A stretch of 16,607 nt of DNA, from assembly GCA_965662175.1 (NCBI GenBank), contig CBFIGT010000037.1, positions 2,462 to 19,068 of the forward strand, read 5' to 3'. The notes below the pieces were generated by a model. It saw nothing but the letters and a program-made list of their open reading frames with translations. It had not been told where the DNA came from and made no database searches. The DNA is from Arcobacter sp. (GTDB taxonomy: Bacteria; Campylobacterota; Campylobacteria; Campylobacterales; Arcobacteraceae). Each line of letters opens with the position of its first letter. Positions within the stretch are counted from its first letter, which is position 1. Shown here one piece after another: positions 1 through 7,958 of this stretch. The position numbers were made by a program, and so were the translations under genes.

Positions 1-1459
1 TAATTCTTTCTTTTCCTATTTCGGCTATTGTTTTATACCCTGCTTTGTAAGCTTCACTTTTTTCATCTGTAAGTTCTGGAAGTTGTACCATGATAAATTT
101 TCTATTTCCTCCATCTTGGGCATTTAAATCCATAACTGCGTGGGCTGTTGTTGCTGAGCCTGAGAAGAAGTCTAGGATTATTGAATTGTTATTATTATCA
201 ATTATTCTATTCATAAACCAACTTATGTATTCAATAGGTTTTGAATAATCAAAGATTTTTTTTTCAAATAATTTTGCTAATTTTTTAGTAGATTTTGTTG
301 TACTATATTCATTTATTACTCCTAATGGGGTTTTTCTTCTCTCAATAGGATTACCTTCATTATCTGCTTTTAAATATATCTTATTATAAACTGATAATTC
401 TCCTTTACTATCTGGCTTTATTACTATGTATCCATTTTCTTTTCCCCATATAACTTTCTCTTTTCCCCACATCCATCTTCTAACTTTTTCACCGTTTTTA
501 TTTGGATAAACAACATTACCATAATCATCTTCAATTGGAAAATCAAGACTTTCTATATATCCTAAACCATTATCTGCAAGTTTTCTTAATAAATATTTTC
601 CTCTAATATCAATATATTCATCACTTTCCGTATATCTACTTTCATTATCTATCTCCTCACCAATAATATTTAATAAATTTATATTTTTAGAATAAACTAA
701 ACAATATTCATGTTTTATTCTAAATAATTTAGAGTCTGAACCACCACCACCTTCTTTATTTTCCCAAACTAAATCTGCAACAAAATTCCCCTCCCCAAAA
801 ACCTCATCACAAATCTTCCTTAAATTATGCACTTCATTATCATCAATAGATATAAAAATAACTCCATCATCTTTTAGTAAATCTCTTGCTACTAATAGTC
901 TTTCATACATCATACTTAGCCAATCACTATGAAATCTTCCATTTGAGTCTGTATTTTTAAAGAGTTTATTTCCCTCTTCATCTCTTAAGTTTATATCATC
1001 TTCAAAATCAACTTTGCTTTTTGTGAAGTTATCACGATAAACGAAATCTTTTCCTGTGTTGTATGGTGGGTCTATATATATCATTTTGATTTTGTTTAGG
1101 TAGCTTTCACTTAAAATCTTTAGCACTTCAAAGTTATCGCCCTCGATATATAGATTTTGAGTATTATCAAAATCTACACTCTCTTCTTTACAAGGTCGGA
1201 GGGTTTTATTTATAGATGTGTTTGCTTTTAGCAATGATGCTTTTTTACCAGGCCAATCAAGTCTATATCTCTCTTCATCACCCTCAACTATATCTTCACT
1301 TAGCATTTGTTTTAAAAGGTCAAAATCTATGGCTTTTTTACCATCTATTTCTGTGCTTACATTTGGAAATAGTTTTAAAATATTTTCAATATTTTCATTT
1401 GTTTTATTTGGTGTTTGCATTTTTAGCTTATTTTGCTTATCTAAATTTAATTCATTCAT
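1..1459 (-). CDS. mod: Type III restriction-modification DNA adenine methyltransferase (Mod subunit), 3' end truncated by window edge
   Basis: Not in the ORF track. My manual translation is open from ATG 1459 to the left edge: MNELNLDKQNKLKMQTPN...LDWPGKK...NLYIEGDNFEVLK...IYIDPPYNTG (motif IV at 1061-1072)...HSDWLSMMYERL...VIFISIDDNE...TRD...DFFSGSATTAHAV (motif I at 155-172)...KTIAEIGKERI. The beta-class order IV-TRD-I is typical of Type III Mod. The start overlaps the upstream stop (ATGAATGA). Confidence 0.93.
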   Translation of the reverse strand, partial: MNELNLDKQNKLKMQTPNKTNENIENILKLFPNVSTEIDGKKAIDFDLLKQMLSEDIVEGDEERYRLDWPGKKASLLKANTSINKTLRPCKEESVDFDNTQNLYIEGDNFEVLKILSESYLNKIKMIYIDPPYNTGKDFVYRDNFTKSKVDFEDDINLRDEEGNKLFKNTDSNGRFHSDWLSMMYERLLVARDLLKDDGVIFISIDDNEVHNLRKICDEVFGEGNFVADLVWENKEGGGGSDSKLFRIKHEYCLVYSKNINLLNIIGEEIDNESRYTESDEYIDIRGKYLLRKLADNGLGYIESLDFPIEDDYGNVVYPNKNGEKVRRWMWGKEKVIWGKENGYIVIKPDSKGELSVYNKIYLKADNEGNPIERRKTPLGVINEYSTTKSTKKLAKLFEKKIFDYSKPIEYISWFMNRIIDNNNNSIILDFFSGSATTAHAVMDLNAQDGGNRKFIMVQLPELTDEKSEAYKAGYKTIAEIGKERI

Positions 1460-2075
1460 CTATTTGTATTTCCTTTAGTATAGTTTGGAGTTGATTTTCT
1501 TTTGGTTTGAGTAATGTTGAGTGTTCTAGTTTTTTCTTAAACTGCTTCTCTTTTGATATTTTGTTTTCTAAAGCTTGTATCTCTTTTTGAAGTGTTTCTA
1601 TTGTATTTTCAATCTCATAAGATTTAATAAAATCATTTTTGATATTTCTTGCAGCTGTTTTAAAAAATGTTTGGATTATATTTTCATACACTTTTTTCAA
1701 ATTTGTTTGTGAAAAATCAAACTCTTTTTCTTCATCCCATTGTGAAAAAAAGTATTGATTTTTTTCTTTATAAAATATTGCAAAACAAAAGCTATCTTCA
1801 TAAATAAACTTATAAAGTATTGGAGTGTTTACTAATTCATCTATATTTTTTATAGCTATTTTTGGTAGTGCTTTTTCTTTTAATACTATTTCAAAGATCA
1901 ATATCTCAACTATTTTTTCTGTTTTTTCTATATTTATAGTTGCTGGGGAGAGTTTATATTTTAATGTTATTTTTTCAATATTTTCAAATATTCTTTTCCC
2001 ATTTATAATTTTTGTTTCAAAAGATTTTTTAGGTAAAAACCTATTTGCAAAACATGAAGATGGAAGATTAAACAT
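1452..2075 (-). CDS. DUF4391-like protein associated with Type III R-M loci
   Basis: 207 aa. N-terminal MFNLP..PKKSF, central KITLKYKLSPATINI/EILIFEIVLK, C-terminal coiled coil ending LENKISKEKQFKKKLE. These resemble DUF4391 proteins as I recall them. The ATG directly abuts the helicase TAG (TAGATG). Confidence 0.75.
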   Translation of the reverse strand: MFNLPSSCFANRFLPKKSFETKIINGKRIFENIEKITLKYKLSPATINIEKTEKIVEILIFEIVLKEKALPKIAIKNIDELVNTPILYKFIYEDSFCFAIFYKEKNQYFFSQWDEEKEFDFSQTNLKKVYENIIQTFFKTAARNIKNDFIKSYEIENTIETLQKEIQALENKISKEKQFKKKLEHSTLLKPKENQLQTILKEIQIDE

Positions 2076-5000
2076 CTATTTTACCACCACAAAAGCAATA
2101 AGCTCAAAATCTTCAAGTCCATTTAGTTCATTTTCTAAAAAAGTTGTAGCTCCACCACTAAATAGTGATTCAATATCACTTTGCTCTTTTGTATCTATTA
2201 TTGAAGATATTGCGTTATTTAGTAAAGATGAGTAAGTACTCATATCTTTTCCATCATTTGTTTCATCATTAAAGAGTGTATAAACTTCTCTTAGTGGCTC
2301 ATCATTTGTTTTACATAATACTCTTAAAGTATCTAAGATATTTTTTACATTTAGATGATTTAATTTCACCTCGCCATCTTGTGAAATATATACTAAATAA
2401 AAAGGATGAAGTTGATTTATATTGTCTATATTTACATCACTATTGATATTTTTTAGTACAAAGATTACACCCTCTTCTATATTTTTACTTATATCTTTTT
2501 TACATACACTATGAACTCCACAACTCACATCTTTTATATCACCTTTTGTTTGCAAAAAGTTGATTAAGTCCATACGAAAATCATTTAATCCCAAATCTGT
2601 AATAGAGATAGAACTATCCATATCTTCAATATCCACAACTTCATTTTGTAGTTTTTGAAGCTGTTGTTTTCTAAAATCCATTTGAGAAGATTTATTTGTT
2701 AAAACATTATCTTCACCTGTTGCGGTTGTATCAACCATAAACATACGAGTCTCTACTCTATTTTTTAAGTTGATATACTCATCTAGGCTTATTTGTGGCC
2801 AAAAGTTTATGAGTTGAATAAACTCATTTTGACTTCCGATTCTATCAACTCTACCAAATCTCTGAATAATTCGTACAGGATTCCAGTGAATATCGTAGTT
2901 TATAAGTGTGTCACAATCTTGTAAATTCTGTCCTTCACTTATACAATCAGTTGCTATTAGGATATCTAGCTCTTTTTCATTTGCTTTTAGTTTTTTATTT
3001 TTTGATAGCGGTGAAAAATGACAAAGGATATTATTGAATTCATTATGAATATTGAGTGTTGATTTATTTGCACCACTTCCTGTGATTTTTGCTGTTTGAA
3101 GATTTAGTGATAAATTAAAATCTTTTAGTTGTTCATATAAATAGTTCGCAGTATCTGCAAAAGCTGTAAAGATTATGATTTTTTTATTTGCTTTATTGTT
3201 ATTATGGTTTATTGGATGTTCTATTTTTTCTATTATTTTTGATTTTAGGATATTTAGTTTTTTGTCATTTTTAGAATCTACTTTTTTCATATCTTCTAAA
3301 ATAAATAAAGCTGTTTGCAAATCCTCTTCCAAATCTTGCTTCCAACCTGTTGTATTCATATCACATAGATTTATTTTGACTTTTTTACCTATGCTAAACT
3401 CATCATCAAGCCACTCTTCACTCTCCATATCCTCAAGTTCTATAATATTTTCATCATCTATTGAAGATTCAATACCACTTTCAAACTCTTCTATTTTTTG
3501 TAAAATATTTTTGATATTTCTTGCAAAATTATCTAAAGTAATTCTAAAACTATCAACAGAACTTTCAAGTCTTTTTAGAAAGTTTACTCTCATCAAGATT
3601 TTTAGATTGTTTTCTCTATTTTTTTGTTTTAGTGTTGCGTTGTTATTTACTTTATCATCATAAAGTTTACTATAAAACTCTTCTCTTGATTCTAAAATAT
3701 AGTTAAAAGGAGTGTAAACACCCATATTAAAAGTAGATAGTTTTTTATATATTTCCTCGATTTTCATAACATTTTCAAGTGCTGTAATATCACATCTTAA
3801 TGTTTGAGGTTCTAATCTTGTAGGGAATTTTCCAATCTCACCCATATCATAATATTTTTCAATATGTTTTCTACTTCGTGCTATTGTTACACTATCAAGA
3901 AGTTTAAAGAAATCAAAGTTAAGATTAAGTTCATCTAAGAGTTTTTTGCTTGTTCTCTCACTTGCACTTAGTTTTGACCAAGTATTAAAAGTAAGTTGTG
4001 CTTTTCTTAGAATACTATCAATAGAAGCACTTACATTTAGTTTGTCATTTTTTAAGTGAGTATAGCCCTCAAAAGCCAAAGCTAATTGGTTTTTCAAATC
4101 TGTAAAACGATTGTTTACAGGTGTTGCACTTAGCATCAAAAGTTTTGTTTTTACACCTGTTTTTATAGTATTTAGAAGCTTTTGGTATCTTGTAGTTTTC
4201 TCTTTTCTTGCATCATTGTTTCTAAAATTGTGAGATTCATCTATTACTATCAAGTCATAATTTGACCAATTGATTCTTGATAAATCAATACCATTAGAGA
4301 AGCCTCTTTCTCTTAAAATATCAGTATGATATAGAACATCATAGTTTAGTCTATCAAGTAAGAGTGGGTTATCTTCATAGTTATTTAAAAAGGTTTTCCA
4401 GTTGTCCCCTAATTTTTTTGGACAAAGGACTAAAATAGATTTGTTTCTCTCTTGATAATATTTTATCACTCCAAGTGCTGTAAAGGTTTTACCAAGTCCC
4501 ACTGAATCAGCCAAAATACAACCATTGTATCTTTCAAGTTTATTTATAAGAGCTAAAACTGCATCTTTTTGAAAATCATAAAGCTTATTCCAAACGATAC
4601 TATCTTTGAAACCTGTTTTTTCATTTGCTAATTCGTCTTCATTTAAATCTTCTAAAAACTCATCAAAAATATGATACAAGATAAGATAATAAATAAATTC
4701 AGGTGAATTTTCTTTATAAAGATTATCAATATAAGCTATCACTTCAGGTGTTATATCTTTTAAGATATTTTCATCATTCCAAACACTATTAAAACTTTTT
4801 AAGAACTCTTTTGTAGTGTTATTATCTTCTATTTTGTTTATAAGTCTTAGGGCTGAGTCATCTTTTTTGTAGCCAAATCCAGCACTACTAAACTCATCCA
4901 TTCCAAGATATGTGGATTTATCTTCTTCATTATCAACTATTAGCATAGCTTGAATTGAGTTTTTACCACGATTAGATTTAAATTTCACTTTCTTTTCAAC

Positions 5001-5327
5001 CCAAGCTCTACACTCTTTGGCTATCGTTCGCCCTTTTAGTTCATTTTTTAGATTTATTTCAAAAGAGGTTCCACTTATTGATTTTTCTATATTTGCTTGA
5101 TTTATTGTGAAATATTTGCTTTTTTTGTTTTCATTATCTGTTTTTATAAAAGTTGGGTCTGTAAATATAAAACGAAGATTTTCAATTTTTCCTAACTCTT
5201 TTTTCAAACTCTCAAATCCATAAATTGAAAAAAGTGATGAAGCAACCGCTATTTTAGAACTTTTATTAATAGTACTTTTTAAATCATCACCTACAATGTT
5301 TATTTTATTATCGAAAGTTTTTATCAC
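2076..5327 (-). CDS. SNF2-related superfamily 2 helicase/ATPase with N-terminal degenerate PLD-like domain
   Basis: 1083 aa, GTG start. Walker A-like LADSVGLGKT (aa 272-281), motif II IDESH (aa 362-366), motif III LSATP, motif V SEGQNLQ, WNP and motif VI QRFGRVDRIG. The N-terminal ~190 aa has a PLD-like layout (FSIYGF...LRFIF...F..VWND) without HxK. Confidence 0.9.
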   Translation of the reverse strand: MIKTFDNKINIVGDDLKSTINKSSKIAVASSLFSIYGFESLKKELGKIENLRFIFTDPTFIKTDNENKKSKYFTINQANIEKSISGTSFEINLKNELKGRTIAKECRAWVEKKVKFKSNRGKNSIQAMLIVDNEEDKSTYLGMDEFSSAGFGYKKDDSALRLINKIEDNNTTKEFLKSFNSVWNDENILKDITPEVIAYIDNLYKENSPEFIYYLILYHIFDEFLEDLNEDELANEKTGFKDSIVWNKLYDFQKDAVLALINKLERYNGCILADSVGLGKTFTALGVIKYYQERNKSILVLCPKKLGDNWKTFLNNYEDNPLLLDRLNYDVLYHTDILRERGFSNGIDLSRINWSNYDLIVIDESHNFRNNDARKEKTTRYQKLLNTIKTGVKTKLLMLSATPVNNRFTDLKNQLALAFEGYTHLKNDKLNVSASIDSILRKAQLTFNTWSKLSASERTSKKLLDELNLNFDFFKLLDSVTIARSRKHIEKYYDMGEIGKFPTRLEPQTLRCDITALENVMKIEEIYKKLSTFNMGVYTPFNYILESREEFYSKLYDDKVNNNATLKQKNRENNLKILMRVNFLKRLESSVDSFRITLDNFARNIKNILQKIEEFESGIESSIDDENIIELEDMESEEWLDDEFSIGKKVKINLCDMNTTGWKQDLEEDLQTALFILEDMKKVDSKNDKKLNILKSKIIEKIEHPINHNNNKANKKIIIFTAFADTANYLYEQLKDFNLSLNLQTAKITGSGANKSTLNIHNEFNNILCHFSPLSKNKKLKANEKELDILIATDCISEGQNLQDCDTLINYDIHWNPVRIIQRFGRVDRIGSQNEFIQLINFWPQISLDEYINLKNRVETRMFMVDTTATGEDNVLTNKSSQMDFRKQQLQKLQNEVVDIEDMDSSISITDLGLNDFRMDLINFLQTKGDIKDVSCGVHSVCKKDISKNIEEGVIFVLKNINSDVNIDNINQLHPFYLVYISQDGEVKLNHLNVKNILDTLRVLCKTNDEPLREVYTLFNDETNDGKDMSTYSSLLNNAISSIIDTKEQSDIESLFSGGATTFLENELNGLEDFELIAFVVVK

Positions 5328-5351
5328 TAGAATACTCTTATTTTGGAAAAT

Positions 5352-5370
5352 TTAGGAATATATATCCTAA
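5352..5370. promoter_or_regulatory. Inverted repeat TTAGGA-N7-TCCTAA, candidate operator downstream of the predicted helicase-operon promoter
   Basis: TTAGGA 5352-5357, ATATATA spacer, TCCTAA 5365-5370. A further half-site TTCCTAA lies at 5394-5400 and a minus-strand TATAAT at 5384-5379. Confidence 0.45.
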
Positions 5371-5466
5371 TGTTTTTAATTATATACATTATTTTCCTAA
5401 TTTATGGTAAATAGCATACATATCTTTCTGAATTTTTTATATAGATTTCTTTTTGTAAAGTTACTT

Positions 5467-5670
5467 ATGAAATTAACCCAACAAGATAAAGCAAGATTAT
5501 TAGGTATAGATCCAAGAACATTAAGAAATTGGAGAAAAGAAAAACCCTATTTATATAAGATTATCATGCAAGGATTTGCAATAGAAGAAGCAATTGAAAA
5601 AACTCAGAAAAATTTAGATGAGTTAAAAGCAATATCAGAATTAAAGATAAATTCAAATACAAAAAATTAA
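5467..5670 (+). CDS. Small HTH DNA-binding protein (excisionase/MerR-like HTH, hypothetical)
   Basis: MKLTQQDKARLLGIDPRTLRNWRKEKP is an HTH pattern (A..LG...TL..W) followed by a coiled-coil tail. ATG 5467 is preferred over 5404 because the extension is low-complexity and crosses the divergent promoter region. Confidence 0.65.
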   Translation: MKLTQQDKARLLGIDPRTLRNWRKEKPYLYKIIMQGFAIEEAIEKTQKNLDELKAISELKINSNTKN

Positions 5671-5695
5671 GAAAATAGTTATTACTAGGTAAATA

Positions 5696-5956
5696 TTGAG
5701 AACAATTGAAGACATTGATGAAAATCAAATTGATGATTTTTATAAAACTATCGGCTTAAATGTTAAAAAGAAGAGAATGGAAAAAGGTTTAACTCAACTT
5801 CAACTCTCACAAGCATTAGGTCATAAATCAGTAGGATTAGTTTCTCAATCTGAGCTTTATTTAAAAAAGCAACATTTTAATATTAAACATTTATATCAGA
5901 TTGCATATATTTTGGAGTGTGATATTAGTGATTTTTTAAAAAATAAGATAAGTTAA
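5696..5956 (+). CDS. XRE/Cro-family HTH transcriptional regulator (controller-protein-like)
   Basis: 86 aa, TTG start with AGGT upstream. IGLNVKKKRMEKGLTQLQLSQALG...VSQSE...HLYQIAYILECDISDFL is an HTH_3 signature. Confidence 0.85.
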   Translation: MRTIEDIDENQIDDFYKTIGLNVKKKRMEKGLTQLQLSQALGHKSVGLVSQSELYLKKQHFNIKHLYQIAYILECDISDFLKNKIS

Positions 5957-5987
5957 AACTTCCTAACTAATCCCTAATTTGAAAAGT

Positions 5988-6320
5988 TTATTCACTCATT
6001 TGCTCTTTTAATATTTTTATTAAGATTTCTTCTTTTATATTTGGTATTTCTGTTTTTGAGTATATTTTTAATAAATATAAATTTTCATTTTTATCTATGA
6101 AATAATAAATAACTCTAAAACCACCACTTTTACCTACTTTTGATGATGAATTTTCTAATCTTATTTTGTATAGACTATTTGAGAGTTCAATACCTGCTTT
6201 TGGATTTTCTTTTAAGCTATCATTTAGTGTTTTTAAATCTATTGCTAATTTTTTATTCTTTTTATATAGTTTTTTTACATCTTTTTTAAAAGATTCTAAA
6301 CTAATTATTTTCAAGTTCAT
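5988..6320 (-). CDS. Type II toxin, RelE/ParE superfamily (HigB2-like)
   Basis: 110 aa, basic. FKKDVKKLYKK...YKIRL...GKSGGFRVIYY...LLKIYSKTE is the RelE/HigB2 subfamily signature. It overlaps the antitoxin gene by 20 bp. Confidence 0.88.
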   Translation of the reverse strand: MNLKIISLESFKKDVKKLYKKNKKLAIDLKTLNDSLKENPKAGIELSNSLYKIRLENSSSKVGKSGGFRVIYYFIDKNENLYLLKIYSKTEIPNIKEEILIKILKEQMSE

Positions 6321-6570
6321 TTATCAAATCTTCTAAGCTATCTTCTTTTTTATTATTAGAAATAGCTGTTTTTAACTCTTTAATAGAGTCTTCAAATTCA
6401 TTATAAAAAATATTTTCTTTTTGGGTTTCAACATAAGACCTTATAGCTTCGATTATAACTTCACTTCTATTAACAGAGTATGTTTTTGTAAACTCATCTA
6501 TCTCATCAAGTAAATATTTTGGAACTCTTAAACCAACTTGTTGTTTTTCCAAAGATGATAAGGTATTCAT
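6301..6570 (-). CDS. Ribbon-helix-helix (CopG-like) antitoxin
   Basis: 89 aa. QVGLRVPKYLLDEIDEF...NRSEVIIEAIRSYV is an RHH pattern, followed by an acidic C-terminus. RBS AAGGA at 6580-6576. Lies upstream of the toxin. Confidence 0.85.
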   Translation of the reverse strand: MNTLSSLEKQQVGLRVPKYLLDEIDEFTKTYSVNRSEVIIEAIRSYVETQKENIFYNEFEDSIKELKTAISNNKKEDSLEDLINELENN

Positions 6571-6582
6571 ATCTATCCTTTT

Positions 6583-6612
6583 GTTTTACTATATTATATA
6601 ATATAGTAAAAC
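6583..6612. promoter_or_regulatory. Perfect 30-bp palindrome, probable TA autoregulatory operator
   Basis: GTTTTACTATATTAT|ATAATATAGTAAAAC is its own reverse complement and overlaps the -10 box of the TA promoter. Confidence 0.8.
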
Positions 6613-6621
6613 TATTGTCAA
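6593..6621 (-). promoter_or_regulatory. Sigma70 promoter of the TA operon (TTGACA-17-TATAAT)
   Basis: Minus-strand TTGACA at 6621-6616, 17-bp spacer, TATAAT at 6598-6593: an exact consensus, followed by RBS and ATG 6570. Confidence 0.88.
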
Positions 6622-7844
6622 ACTATAATACTCTTCCCAACCAAATACCCACTAGCCCAGGCAAAGTGTAGATTATAGCCTCCCCTATTTCCAACGATAT
6701 CTAAAACCTCTCCTGCTAAATATAAGCCTTTGCATTTTTTGCTTTCATAGGTTTTGTTGTCTACCTCATCAACTCTAATACCTCCACCACTGGCTTCTGC
6801 GTGTTTGAAGCCTTGGGTGTCTGTGATTTTAAATCTCCAATTTATTAGTGTGTTTATTATGGCTCTTATTTGTTTTGCACTTATATCTTTTGCTTTTGTT
6901 TCTTTATCTATATTATTTACTTGTAGGATTATTGGGGCTAGTTTATTTGAGATTATTCCTGTTAGAAGTAGACTTGCACTACTATTTGGTACTGTTTTAA
7001 ATAGTGTTTCTATTGCTGATAAAAGTTCATTTCTATTTTGATTTGGAAAAAGATTTATGCTAACTTGTACATCTTGATATAAAGACAAAGGATAAACTGC
7101 ATATTGTGAGATATCAAGTATGGCAAAACCTGATAAGCCATATTTTGTAAAAAGTACATCTCCATATATTTCACACTCTTTTTGTCCATCTATAAAAAGT
7201 GACACACTACACTCTTTTTTTACACCTTGTAGTCTTGAGTTTTGTTCAAAATTGGTATGAAGTCCTACAAGTGATGGGTATGTTAGATTAAAGCTATGAC
7301 CGAGTTTTTGAGCTATATTCATACCATCTTCTGTGGCATTTAGTTGTGGAGCTGCTGCTAATCCTGAGCTTATAACTACTTTATCATAATTTTTAAACTC
7401 TTTTGTTTCACTTTTTACTATAAACTTATCAGCTTTTTTCTCTATATCAAGAACTTTTGTCTCCAAAATTAGATTTATTCCTAAGTTCTCTAACTCATTT
7501 TCAAGTAGATTTACAACTGATTTTGCTTCATTTGATAAAGGGTATACTTTATTTGTCTCTTTTATATCAAGCAACAATCCAATAGATTTACAAAACTTTT
7601 CAAAGGCTTTAAAATCAAACTCTTTTAAAGCATAACTTGCAAAATTTGGGTTTTCACCTATAAAGTTTTCTACTTTTGCACTTGTATTTGAGATATTACA
7701 TCTTCCATTTCCTGAGGCTAATATCTTTTTCCCTATGGCATTGTTTATATCAAACAAATCAATTTGTAGTTTTTTATTTAATCTTTTAGCTGTAATTGCA
7801 GCTATTATCCCAGCAGCTCCTGCGCCTATTATTGCGATTTTCAA
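6618..7844 (-). CDS. HI0933/YhiN (BaiN-like) family NAD(P)/FAD-dependent oxidoreductase
   Basis: 408 aa, TTG start with AAAGGGT upstream. Family motifs GAGAAG, GKKILASGNGRCNISN, LFTKYGLSG and GLYLAGEVLDIVGNRGGYNLHFAWASG. A candidate -10 TATAAT lies at 7876-7871. Confidence 0.92.
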   Translation of the reverse strand: MKIAIIGAGAAGIIAAITAKRLNKKLQIDLFDINNAIGKKILASGNGRCNISNTSAKVENFIGENPNFASYALKEFDFKAFEKFCKSIGLLLDIKETNKVYPLSNEAKSVVNLLENELENLGINLILETKVLDIEKKADKFIVKSETKEFKNYDKVVISSGLAAAPQLNATEDGMNIAQKLGHSFNLTYPSLVGLHTNFEQNSRLQGVKKECSVSLFIDGQKECEIYGDVLFTKYGLSGFAILDISQYAVYPLSLYQDVQVSINLFPNQNRNELLSAIETLFKTVPNSSASLLLTGIISNKLAPIILQVNNIDKETKAKDISAKQIRAIINTLINWRFKITDTQGFKHAEASGGGIRVDEVDNKTYESKKCKGLYLAGEVLDIVGNRGGYNLHFAWASGYLVGKSIIV

Positions 7845-7958
7845 AATTACCCTTTTTCTTATCTTGGGTGATTATACTATTTTTATGGTTTATTTTTATT
7901 TTGTTGTTTTGGTATAGATATTGCAAACAGTTAAAAATAACGATTATAAAGGCTTATT

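Noticed and set aside
256..264. T9 tract (A9 in mod) and the (GGT)4 run near 740-751 as phase-variation switches
   Set aside because: The frame is intact, A9 is unremarkable at this AT content and the triplet repeat is in frame. There is no long poly-G or tetranucleotide repeat in the visible part of mod.
1216..3663. Plus-strand ORFs 1216-1494, 1218-1478, 1825-2235 and 3175-3663
   Set aside because: Antisense shadows of mod, DUF4391 and the helicase. Their F/S/I/L-rich composition is what reversed AT-rich coding DNA gives.
2076..5327. Calling the helicase the Type III Res subunit, or the locus BREX/DISARM
   Set aside because: The motifs are SNF2-like, and I recognised no C-terminal PD-(D/E)xK Res nuclease. 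No pglZ, brxC or drmAB genes are in view.
6583..6612. Palindrome as a rho-independent terminator
   Set aside because: It is AT-rich, has no loop and no following U-tract on either strand, and it overlaps a consensus promoter, so an operator fits better.
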